Of a DNA stretch of 20,000 nucleotides, positions 1-8,419 are shown piece after piece; positions within the stretch are counted from its first letter, which is position 1; each line of letters opens with the position of its first letter. The stretch lies in IMG/VR virus record IMGVR_UViG_3300002220_000874, one strand, 5' to 3'. The stretch comes from an uncultured virus (IMG/VR IMGVR_UViG_3300002220_000874). Its lineage: Duplodnaviria; Heunggongvirae; Uroviricota; Caudoviricetes; Crassvirales. The translations under genes and the position numbers were made by a program. The notes below the pieces were generated by a model that saw only the letters and a list, made by a program, of their open reading frames with translations, was not told the DNA's origin and ran no database searches.

Positions 1-435
1 TTAATATCAGGTTTAGTTGACTTATTGGCTGTTGACCATAATGCTAAACAGTTTTTTATAATTGATTGGAAAACTAATAGAGCAACTATTACTTTTAAAT
101 CAGGATATTTTGAGAAAGACTCTAAAGGAGAATTAACTGAAAACTTTATAGAAAAGAATGATTATTTTTGTCCTCCTGTGGATAGTATTCCTGATAGTAT
201 AGGACATAAGTATTCAATGCAGTTATCAGGATATGCAGCATTAATTGAATTATATGGATTTAAAAATAAAGGTAATATTATCTGTCATATCCAAGAAAAG
301 AAAGATATTATAGGTAATCCTATAGAAATTGTAAATACTGTAGTAGCTAAAGATTTAAGAGAACAAGCAATTATAATGTTTAATGATTATCACTATAACA
401 GACAAATTAAAACAAATAAAAAACTATTTTTATGA
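1..435 (+). CDS. PD-(D/E)XK (RecB/Cas4-like) nuclease, 5'-truncated
   Basis: Frame 1 is open from base 1 (LISGLVDLLAVD...IIDWKT...YSMQLSGYA). This gives the G-x-x-D motif II, the D-W-K motif III and the Q-x-x-x-Y motif of RecB-family nucleases. The TTG start at 25 in the track is probably an artefact of window truncation. Confidence 0.8.
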   Translation, partial: LISGLVDLLAVDHNAKQFFIIDWKTNRATITFKSGYFEKDSKGELTENFIEKNDYFCPPVDSIPDSIGHKYSMQLSGYAALIELYGFKNKGNIICHIQEKKDIIGNPIEIVNTVVAKDLREQAIIMFNDYHYNRQIKTNKKLFL

Positions 436-1151
436 TTAAATCTATTAATATAAATGCGCTAAAGAGAACAGCAAAAAGAAATAATTGGGTTATCTTTGAT
501 AATCATACAAAAGCGTATGATTTAAACCTTTGGGTAATAAGAAGCGCAAATCGAGAAGCAGGAATCTTCGATGATACCCTAATAGTATTTTGGAAAGTTG
601 ATGCAGTTAAATGGGAATATAGATTTTATAGAGTTACAGCTGACCCAAGCGAAGTATCTTTATTTAATTCTAAAAATGATTTAGGTGTTGCTATAATTAA
701 ACAAGGACAACATCGTGGTGCATGGGCATTAGGATTACATAAAGGTCAATATGATGCTCTTGTTCAAGTTGGTAACATTACTGTAATAAGAGATTTTAAT
801 CAAGACGAATGGTTAGATATTCCTGACTGTGATGAATTAAGTCATTGGAAGAATGTTGCTCCTTATCGAATAAATGTATATAAAAGACAAGGTAGATTAG
901 TAACAGAGTATCTTAAAAATGAACAAATACTATATAGAACAGAAGTTGGTTCAAATATGGGTATTAATTGTCATAGAGCAAGTTCTTGGAAAATACTTGA
1001 AAGAGTAGGATTATACTCTGAGGGATGTGTAGTTCATCATGACCCTGTTAAATATAAAGACGAGTTTATTCCTTTAATGAAACAAAGTGCTGCTAATTGG
1101 GATAATAAGTTCTCATTCGTACTATGCCATGAAGAGCAGTTATATTACTAA
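432..1151 (+). CDS. Putative endolysin / cell-wall peptidase with a YkuD (L,D-transpeptidase-like) catalytic motif
   Basis: GINCH-X14-SEGC (His codon 972-974, Cys codon 1026-1028) resembles the H-X14-17-[S/T]-H-G-C YkuD signature. No signal peptide. Lies directly upstream of two membrane-protein genes. ATGA overlap with the nuclease gene. Confidence 0.6.
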   Translation: MIKSININALKRTAKRNNWVIFDNHTKAYDLNLWVIRSANREAGIFDDTLIVFWKVDAVKWEYRFYRVTADPSEVSLFNSKNDLGVAIIKQGQHRGAWALGLHKGQYDALVQVGNITVIRDFNQDEWLDIPDCDELSHWKNVAPYRINVYKRQGRLVTEYLKNEQILYRTEVGSNMGINCHRASSWKILERVGLYSEGCVVHHDPVKYKDEFIPLMKQSAANWDNKFSFVLCHEEQLYY

Positions 1152-1461
1152 TATATTGTTACTTATAGTAATCATTGGATTACTTAAAGTTATTATGTTT
1201 CCTACTCCTGTAGAATACACTCCTCAAGAGTATCAAAGCATATTAATAAAACTTGATAGTATATATAAGGTAAATGATAGTATTTTAAATCAAATTAATA
1301 ATAGGTTATCTGAATTAGAAACAAGTGAAACCACAATAATAAATAATCATGCAAGTACAAAAAATGCTATTCTGTTTGGCGATATGTCTAATGATGATAT
1401 TGCCTTGTTTATCGCAAACCAAATACGAGATAGACAAAAAACATTACTACTGTTACAATGA
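1129..1461 (+). CDS. Membrane-anchored protein, putative inner-membrane spanin-like
   Basis: Likely start is the ATG at 1129 (MKSSYITNILLLIVIIGLLKVIMFP): one N-terminal TM helix followed by a helical/coiled-coil region. Overlaps both neighbours, as Rz-like genes do. Confidence 0.5.
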   Translation: MKSSYITNILLLIVIIGLLKVIMFPTPVEYTPQEYQSILIKLDSIYKVNDSILNQINNRLSELETSETTIINNHASTKNAILFGDMSNDDIALFIANQIRDRQKTLLLLQ

Positions 1462-1765
1462 AGAAGAAAATAAAATAATAGCAGTATTATTAGATGATAG
1501 AAATGAATATTTATCTTTAATTGAATTATGTAAAAGTAGAAACTTTGAATATATGAATAAGATAAATATATTAGAATCTAATGTTGTTGCTACTAAAGAA
1601 GCTTTATCTGAATTAGTTAAAAAAATGGATATTGAGATTAATAAGAATAAAGCATTAACTGTTGCTCTTTGTGAAACAGAAGATAAATTAGATACTACTC
1701 GTAAAGTAGCGATAGGTTCACTCTCATTGAATATACTTTTAATAATAGGACTAATTCTTATATAA
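1349..1765 (+). CDS. Signal peptide + coiled coil + C-terminal TM protein, putative second spanin-like component
   Basis: N-terminal hydrophobic Cys-rich leader (MLFCLAICLMMILPCLS|Q; alternative start 1364), a long heptad region, and C-terminal TM VAIGSLSLNILLIIGLILI. Starts inside the previous gene in another frame and is TAATG-coupled to the next gene. Confidence 0.5.
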   Translation: MQVQKMLFCLAICLMMILPCLSQTKYEIDKKHYYCYNEEENKIIAVLLDDRNEYLSLIELCKSRNFEYMNKINILESNVVATKEALSELVKKMDIEINKNKALTVALCETEDKLDTTRKVAIGSLSLNILLIIGLILI

Positions 1766-2376
1766 TGGAACTGTTTATTAGAAAAAATAATGATATTCAT
1801 GTAGCTTTTGACGAACTTTGGATATATCCAGAGTTTAAACCTATACTAAATAAGTATGGTAAAAACGATAACACTCTTGAGAAGATACTGAAATATATTT
1901 ATTTCACTTCTAGTTCAAAAGCTCTTCCTCAACAGAAAGGATATAGTTCTAAAGAAGCACATGAATATGCAATTAAGAAAGCAGGATTAGATGATAAGTT
2001 TATAGTACTAGATGAGATTAAAGTTGCTCAAAAGTTTTACAGAGAATTTAACACTAATCCTTTAATTGAATATATTGAAAATATTACTAAGTCATTGAGA
2101 TTAGGAAATAAGATATGTAAGTACATAATTGATAATCAAGTTATAGAAGAGAAGATGAGCCTTGAAACTTTAACTGCTGTTACAGGTTCTATTAAAGAAG
2201 TCCTATCATTATCTAACTCTATTAATACTTCAATTCCTAAATTGTTAGACAACATTAAAGAATTAAAGAAATTAGAAGATATAGATAATGAAGCAACAGG
2301 AGATAAGATAAGAGGTACTAATCAAACTGTTCCTGATAGTTTTGACGCAAAAGGAGAAATAGAAGACGATGATTGA
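1765..2376 (+). CDS. Conserved pre-terminase protein, candidate terminase small subunit
   Basis: 203 aa, mostly helical, with a C-terminal KIRG and acidic tail. Directly upstream of and overlapping (ATGATTGA) the large terminase. Function inferred from position only. Confidence 0.45.
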   Translation: MELFIRKNNDIHVAFDELWIYPEFKPILNKYGKNDNTLEKILKYIYFTSSSKALPQQKGYSSKEAHEYAIKKAGLDDKFIVLDEIKVAQKFYREFNTNPLIEYIENITKSLRLGNKICKYIIDNQVIEEKMSLETLTAVTGSIKEVLSLSNSINTSIPKLLDNIKELKKLEDIDNEATGDKIRGTNQTVPDSFDAKGEIEDDD

Positions 2377-4663
2377 TGTTATTTTAAATAATCATTTAGG
2401 AGATAAACCAGTGGTTTATAAAGGGGTTGAAATTAATAACCCTTTTATAAATTATTGTAGAGAAGATAAATCTAAGTATCAGAAAGCTTCTGATGCTGGA
2501 TATATTGATCCCGATAATGATTTTTTAATAGGTGGTTCAGGTGGACTACTTTTAAATATTAACTTTGTTTTTGTAAATACTCATCTATTGACTGAAGCAG
2601 CTGAGCATTATAGAAAACATAAATGTTATACATTCTTTAAGCCTGGTACTGCTGGTTATATTATGTGGTGGAAACAGGAAACAAAACGAAGAAAGAATGG
2701 TTTTGTAGCTGATTGTAAATTAGAATTTAAAGATGTACCGAAGTATTTTGATAAAGATACAACAGAACAAGAAAGAAAAAAGTTAGTTAAATCTCTCCGA
2801 ATAACAGGTGACCAATATTACTTTCTTAATTACAGTAGAATTAAACGTAGTCCTACTGCTGAAGAAAAACAAACACTACCTAGTTCAAGACGTAATAAAA
2901 AGATACTAGACTTTCCTCTTTTCTTAGATGGGCAATATTGGGATTTCAAACTTGATGAATTATGTATTTCAAACAATCTCAATATTGTTGAGAGTAAAGC
3001 TAGAAGAAAAGGTTTTACTTATATTAAAGCTGCAAGAACAGCAAACCTTGTTAACTTATATAAAGAAATTCTTGTTATAAATGCTGCATACGATAAAGGC
3101 TTTATAGAAGAAGAAGGCTCTATTAACTCATTTGTTTATAAAAATCTTCAATGGTTGGAAGAACAAACTTATTGGAGAAGAGGTTTCTTAAAAGAAACAT
3201 TAGACGAAATGAAGTTAGGATATAAGTTAAGTAAACATGGTAACAAAGCATTTGGACATCAGTCTGCTGTATTAGGTGTAGTATTAAGAGGTAACACTAG
3301 TGGTGCAGTAGGTAAAGATGCAATTGAAATAAATTTTGAAGAGTCAGGTAAAAATCCAAATCTTGATGAAGCACTAGGGGTAACATTAAGTGCAGCAGAA
3401 GATGGGGGAGAGAAGATAGGTATCATTAGAGTATTTGGTACAGGTGGAACAAAAGATACTAATTGGATACAATTTAGTAATTGTTTCTACAATCCTGCTA
3501 AATATGAAATGGTATGTTTAGAAAACGTATGGGATGAAAATAAAAGAAATACTGTTTGTGGTTTCTTTTATCCTCAAACATGGGGATATTTTCCATATGT
3601 TCAAGACGGTAATTCATTGTTACTAGAAGCATTTGTCCATGATTATGAAAGAAAAGAAGAAGCTAAGAAGAATCTTAAATCTTCTGAATATGCTGTCTTT
3701 GTAGGACAACGTGCTAATTCACCACAAGAAGCTTTTATTAATACTTTAGATAATATCTTCAGTAGTGTTGCACTAACTGAACATTTAACTTATATTCAAA
3801 ATAATGAAGATTTAAAGTTCTATAAAGATGGATGGGTTGATTACTTTAAAGGAGAATTAAGATTTTTAACAAATGATGATTTAATACAACAAGGACATAA
3901 AAAACGAGAATATGTTGAAGATGTTCCATTTGATATTAGGAAAGATATTACAGGAGCAGTAAGGATGTATCATGCCCCATATACAATGGGAGAAGCTCGT
4001 CCACCTAAAGACTCGTATATTGTTTTGTATGACCCTTATGGTATTGATAAAAATGTTAAAGATGTTATATTAAAAAATTCACTTGCGTGTATTTATGTAA
4101 TAGGTTTACGAAATGCTGCATTTCCTTTCCATGAAGATAAGCTTTGTTGTGCTTATGTAGGTAGGATGAATACTATGGAAGAAAGTGATTTACTAGCAAT
4201 TCGTATTGCTGATTCATATGGAGCTAAGATAGTAGCAGAATTAAACAGAGGTACTATGCTTCAAACAGCAAAAAAGTTTAATCGAAAAGATGTATTAGCA
4301 AGAGATATATCAGGTATGTTAGATAATTATGATACTGTATTAAAAGATACGTATGGTGTTGTAATAGGTTCAGGACAAGAGAAACTTGATTTACTCGGTA
4401 CTATGGCTGATTGGTTGTATCAACATACTTCGATTGATGAAGATGGAAAACCTACATATTTATTTCAAAAGATTACAGATATACCCTTTATAAAAGAGTT
4501 AACAATGTATAATAGTGTTAACAACTTTGATAGGGTAAGTTGTTATTTAGTTGGAATAAAACATTTAAAATATCATGCAATGAAGAATTATAAAAAGCAT
4601 ACTAATAGAGTTGAAACTGAGAAAAGTAAAAATAAATTACGTTCCTTATTATTTGGTAGATAA
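2369..4663 (+). CDS. terL: Terminase large subunit, crAss-like
   Basis: ITGDQYYFLNY adenine-binding region, Walker A-like SKARRKGFT, Walker B-like INFEESG, coupling motif FGTGG, and RNase H-like nuclease acidic motifs VLYDPY, AELN and NFDRVS. Confidence 0.93.
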   Translation: MIDVILNNHLGDKPVVYKGVEINNPFINYCREDKSKYQKASDAGYIDPDNDFLIGGSGGLLLNINFVFVNTHLLTEAAEHYRKHKCYTFFKPGTAGYIMWWKQETKRRKNGFVADCKLEFKDVPKYFDKDTTEQERKKLVKSLRITGDQYYFLNYSRIKRSPTAEEKQTLPSSRRNKKILDFPLFLDGQYWDFKLDELCISNNLNIVESKARRKGFTYIKAARTANLVNLYKEILVINAAYDKGFIEEEGSINSFVYKNLQWLEEQTYWRRGFLKETLDEMKLGYKLSKHGNKAFGHQSAVLGVVLRGNTSGAVGKDAIEINFEESGKNPNLDEALGVTLSAAEDGGEKIGIIRVFGTGGTKDTNWIQFSNCFYNPAKYEMVCLENVWDENKRNTVCGFFYPQTWGYFPYVQDGNSLLLEAFVHDYERKEEAKKNLKSSEYAVFVGQRANSPQEAFINTLDNIFSSVALTEHLTYIQNNEDLKFYKDGWVDYFKGELRFLTNDDLIQQGHKKREYVEDVPFDIRKDITGAVRMYHAPYTMGEARPPKDSYIVLYDPYGIDKNVKDVILKNSLACIYVIGLRNAAFPFHEDKLCCAYVGRMNTMEESDLLAIRIADSYGAKIVAELNRGTMLQTAKKFNRKDVLARDISGMLDNYDTVLKDTYGVVIGSGQEKLDLLGTMADWLYQHTSIDEDGKPTYLFQKITDIPFIKELTMYNSVNNFDRVSCYLVGIKHLKYHAMKNYKKHTNRVETEKSKNKLRSLLFGR

Positions 4664-7041
4664 TGAAAACAAACGCATTTGAATATATTTATGGCAAAAA
4701 GTCTTTGTCAGAAAAGCAGAAAAAGGAGTGGTATGTAAATGCAGCAGATGAAATCATAGATTATATATCAGGTCTATACGTTAATGATAAAGAATCTGTT
4801 AAGAAAGATTTAGAATTAGCTAACGGAAAAGTACCTATTGATTTTATTCTTGAGGCTCTTAGACCATATATTCCTCCTGAAGGTAAAAAAGAATTAGACT
4901 CAGGTCATTATGGATTTACTGCTATTAATGATAAAGAGACTCCTAACGCTGGTACTGTACCATCTTATCTTGTAGATGTTGATTTTATTAATCAAATCAA
5001 AGACAGATATATAGGTGAATACATTAGACAGTTCTCTGATTTACAAGTTTATAATAGAGATCCTGATGTAGTAGCAGAAAGAAATAAAGCATTACATAGT
5101 CATCTAAAAGATTTATTAGAAGAGTATATGCTTAAATTGATTGAAGGTAAACAACCTGAAGAAATAGAAGCAGTAGATGTTGAGAAAGAAAGAAAAGAAT
5201 TTGTTGATAAATGGGTTGATGATAAAACTATTGAGTATCAACATAGGTTAAATCTATTAAATGATTTATCTAAAGCAGATATTATATATACTCATTCTTT
5301 CTTAAATTGGTTCTCTACTGAACACGCTATTACATATAGGAGTATTTATAATGAAAGCAAGATGAGAAAAGAAGCAGTTCATCCTCTTGAGTATTATCGT
5401 ATTCCTAATAATATTACTCCTTTCATTAAAGATGATGTTGGAGGTGTACGTAAGTATAAATTAAATATTAATGAGATAATTACATTCTTTCAATTAGAAT
5501 TATCTACTGAAGATATTGCTTACATAAAAGAAATTATAGAGAAACATCATTCTGGTAATGGATATACTGTTCCTGCTACTTTAATTAAATCTCGACAATT
5601 TAATCATTCTGATATTAATAATGTAAATGATAGTTATACGTTTTGTACTGGAGAAGAAGTTAATATATATCATATCGTATTACAGACACCTTATGACATT
5701 AAGATTCTAACCTATCAAGATATTGCTAGTGGCATTATTCAAAAGATGGAAGTTGATGCGGATTATGAATTAGATCCCGATATAGGAGATATACATTTAG
5801 AGAATTTTACTACTTATAAAACTATTGAGTTTTATAGAATAGGTGAGAAAGCAGCAGCAGTTTATACTAAACCAAAAGAGCATGAAGTTCAGATTGGATG
5901 TCTTCCTTATAACGGTATTGTAGGTTATTTAGGAACAGGTAATTGTAATCCTATACCAAGACGATTAGCAGGACTGTTAGCATTATATAAGTATTATACT
6001 TTACAACAACAACGAGCAGTAGCTAAATATAAAAATTGGATTATTATTCCTGAGACTCTTATTCAAGATGGTCATTTGACTATGGAAGAAAAACTTGAAT
6101 TTGCTAAAAAGGATGATACTCTTTTCATATCAGATGAAGATGCTAGTGCAAATAGTTTACAAGCAATACGAGTATTGGTAGGACAAGGAGCAGAAAGATA
6201 TATTGAAACTCTTACAACGCTTCGTGAAAGCATTCGTAAAGAAGCAATGGATATTGCTGGTATGAATGAACAACGTTATGGTGATACAAGTCCTACAGCA
6301 GGTAAAGCTGTAACCGAATATGCTATTACTAGAGCTACTACAGCAAGTATTGGTTTGTTTAATACATTTAATTTATTAAAAGAAGAAGATGCTGTATTAG
6401 ATTTAGCGTATGCTAAACAAATATTTAAGAATGGATACAAAGGTTCATATTTTGATAAGGCTACTAAACACGTAATATATGTAGATATTCCTGCAGAAGA
6501 ATATGACCCTAAAGACATAGGAGTTTTTGTTAAGAACTCAATACAAGAACAAGAAAAGAAACAAGTAATGATAGATTTTGCTTTTAATATGGGTCAAGCT
6601 GGTGAACCATTAATAGCAATAGAAGCTTTAGATTCAGAGAGTGCAACTCAGATAAAAAGATTAATTAAAGATACAATCAAAGAAAGACAACAAACTGAAG
6701 AAGCTATGCGTAAATATGAAGAGCAAATTAAGGCTGAAGTTGAACAGATTATATCTGATAGAGAATTAGGTAAACAAGAACATGAAGCGAAAATGCTTGC
6801 ATACAAAGAAGAAATGGCAAATCTACGTACTAATCTTGAGTTAGATACTCAGATACTATTGAAAGAAATGGAACTAGATAATATAAATGCTGATGAAAGT
6901 AATACAAGAAAGTATGAGTTAGAAGAAAGAAAGATAAATCTTAAAAAACTTGAGATGCAATTAAATCTATATCAGCAGAACTTTAAATCAATGATGGATG
7001 TTAAAAAAGAGAAAGTAAAAGCATCTAAAGCTGCTAAGTAG
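4663..7041 (+). CDS. Portal protein
   Basis: 792 aa directly after terL (TAATG overlap). Portal-like segments (DRYIGEYIRQ, LPYNG, DIAGMNEQRYG) and a long C-terminal coiled coil, as in crAss-like/podoviral portals. Confidence 0.88.
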   Translation: MKTNAFEYIYGKKSLSEKQKKEWYVNAADEIIDYISGLYVNDKESVKKDLELANGKVPIDFILEALRPYIPPEGKKELDSGHYGFTAINDKETPNAGTVPSYLVDVDFINQIKDRYIGEYIRQFSDLQVYNRDPDVVAERNKALHSHLKDLLEEYMLKLIEGKQPEEIEAVDVEKERKEFVDKWVDDKTIEYQHRLNLLNDLSKADIIYTHSFLNWFSTEHAITYRSIYNESKMRKEAVHPLEYYRIPNNITPFIKDDVGGVRKYKLNINEIITFFQLELSTEDIAYIKEIIEKHHSGNGYTVPATLIKSRQFNHSDINNVNDSYTFCTGEEVNIYHIVLQTPYDIKILTYQDIASGIIQKMEVDADYELDPDIGDIHLENFTTYKTIEFYRIGEKAAAVYTKPKEHEVQIGCLPYNGIVGYLGTGNCNPIPRRLAGLLALYKYYTLQQQRAVAKYKNWIIIPETLIQDGHLTMEEKLEFAKKDDTLFISDEDASANSLQAIRVLVGQGAERYIETLTTLRESIRKEAMDIAGMNEQRYGDTSPTAGKAVTEYAITRATTASIGLFNTFNLLKEEDAVLDLAYAKQIFKNGYKGSYFDKATKHVIYVDIPAEEYDPKDIGVFVKNSIQEQEKKQVMIDFAFNMGQAGEPLIAIEALDSESATQIKRLIKDTIKERQQTEEAMRKYEEQIKAEVEQIISDRELGKQEHEAKMLAYKEEMANLRTNLELDTQILLKEMELDNINADESNTRKYELEERKINLKKLEMQLNLYQQNFKSMMDVKKEKVKASKAAK

Positions 7042-7056
7042 TTTTTACTGCATAAT

Positions 7057-7099
7057 TATAATAGCGTTACAAATATGATATGCTTGCAACACTATTATA
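7057..7099. repeat. Imperfect inverted repeat in the portal-scaffold intergenic region
   Basis: TATAATAGCGTTACAA (7057-7072) / 11-nt spacer / TTGCAACACTATTATA (7084-7099); 14 of 16 positions are complementary. Confidence 0.7.
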
Positions 7100-7122
7100 T
7101 AAGGTATTTCTAGTATTTGAAA

Positions 7123-7130
7123 TAAATTTG
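7123..7130 (+). promoter_or_regulatory. Possible Bacteroidota sigma-A -7 promoter element (TAnnTTTG)
   Basis: TAAATTTG lies 24 nt before the scaffold ATG in the largest intergenic gap. No correctly spaced -33 TTTG is seen. Confidence 0.3.
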
Positions 7131-7154
7131 TGTATAATCAAAAAAACTTAAAGT

Positions 7155-8396
7155 ATGACTATTAAACTAAAAGTGCCTGTAGGAAATTCAGACCCTGATG
7201 TAGATTCTATTGTTACCCCTATTGATGGTGCTGATGATACTCCTAATCCACCTGCATCTGATTCTACTGATACATCTGTCCCACCTGCGAGTGACTCTAC
7301 TTCGACAGAAGTAATCGAAGGATTTAATCCTGAGGAAGTAAGTACATTAGACCAAGTAGTAGTAGATGATGTAGAATTATATGTATTCAATAATCAACTA
7401 GTTGATAAAACAGGAAAACCTGTTTATAATGAAGATGAGTATGCTGAACTAAAAGCAAATAGTAATATATTAGATGTTAATTTAATTCAACGCTATAGCG
7501 GAATTGAATTATTAGATGAAACAGGTACACCAATCGAGTTTGAAAATACCGTTAAAGGTATAGCAAAACGAGAAGCTTTTATTAAGGATATGGCAGAGAA
7601 ACAAGGAAGAGAATTAGCCATTAATGAATTATTTGAAAGCACGCCTGTTATAAAAGATGTATTGCAATATGTAAAAAAGAATGGTTCTTTAGAGGGATTT
7701 AAACCTGCAACCGATTATTCTAAAGTTACATTAAGTAAAGATAATGAAGACCAGTTAACAAATATTATAATTGAAGCTGAATTACTTAAAGGTAATACAC
7801 TAGATAAAGCAAAAAAATATATAGATTTTTATAAAGCAGATAATCAGCTATACGAAGAAGCAATTGAAGCGAAGAACTTTATCGTAAGTCAAAAGCAAGC
7901 ACAGGAACAAGCAAGGGTACAATCTGAGCAAGAGAGTGAAGCAAAAAGACGAAAAGAAATTCGTGAGTATTATGGGATTGATTATGATAAGAATGGTAAA
8001 GAAGTAGTAGTTAATAACGAAGGTTCTTTATATAATAAAATAGTTTCAAAGGGAACAGTAGGAGAATTTGTAATACCAGAAGTTGGTATAAAAGTTACAA
8101 CTCCTGATGGAACTCTTAAAACTTTAACAAGACGTGATATTTTCAATTATATTGCATTAGCAGTTGATGAAAATGGTAATAGCCAAGCCGATTTAGATGA
8201 AATTAAATATATGTCAAGTACTGACAATCGCATTAAGCGTGCATTATTTAATTTAACTGCTGGGGATATTAGTGCTTTAATTCCTCAAGCAATAGCGAAC
8301 AAAAAAATTAAAGAAGTTAAAAGATTTATTACTTCAGCAAAACCTAATACTGCAAGTAAAGGTAGCAGTACAGGTGCATTAAAAACTCCCGTTTAA
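7155..8396 (+). CDS. Putative capsid scaffolding/assembly protein (conserved gene upstream of crAss-like MCP)
   Basis: Acidic Pro/Ser/Asp-rich disordered N-terminus, helical/coiled-coil middle (AQEQARVQSEQESEAKRRKE), basic C-terminus. Sits between portal and major capsid genes. Confidence 0.65.
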   Translation: MTIKLKVPVGNSDPDVDSIVTPIDGADDTPNPPASDSTDTSVPPASDSTSTEVIEGFNPEEVSTLDQVVVDDVELYVFNNQLVDKTGKPVYNEDEYAELKANSNILDVNLIQRYSGIELLDETGTPIEFENTVKGIAKREAFIKDMAEKQGRELAINELFESTPVIKDVLQYVKKNGSLEGFKPATDYSKVTLSKDNEDQLTNIIIEAELLKGNTLDKAKKYIDFYKADNQLYEEAIEAKNFIVSQKQAQEQARVQSEQESEAKRRKEIREYYGIDYDKNGKEVVVNNEGSLYNKIVSKGTVGEFVIPEVGIKVTTPDGTLKTLTRRDIFNYIALAVDENGNSQADLDEIKYMSSTDNRIKRALFNLTAGDISALIPQAIANKKIKEVKRFITSAKPNTASKGSSTGALKTPV

Positions 8397-8419
8397 TTAC
8401 TAATTAATAAATATTTATT

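Noticed and set aside
1..435. Cas4-like nuclease as a sign of a CRISPR system
   Set aside because: No repeat-spacer array or other cas genes; stand-alone PD-(D/E)XK nucleases are common in phages.
1087..1128. GTG start at 1087 given by the ORF track
   Set aside because: The ATG at 1129 gives a typical short basic N-region before the TM helix and a smaller overlap with the upstream gene.
1453..1800. 115-aa minus-strand ORF
   Set aside because: Antisense shadow of a coupled + strand coiled-coil gene; its hydrophobic bias is expected from the complement of Lys/Glu codons.
6276..6518. 80-aa minus-strand ORF inside portal
   Set aside because: Fully antisense to a conserved core gene, with no motif or expression signals.
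7039..7125. Possible TAG-to-Gln recoding or readthrough at the portal stop
   Set aside because: All long genes are intact in the standard code, and readthrough would add only a short tail before further stops.
7148..7390. 80-aa minus-strand ORF
   Set aside because: Antisense to the low-complexity scaffold N-terminus; no independent support.
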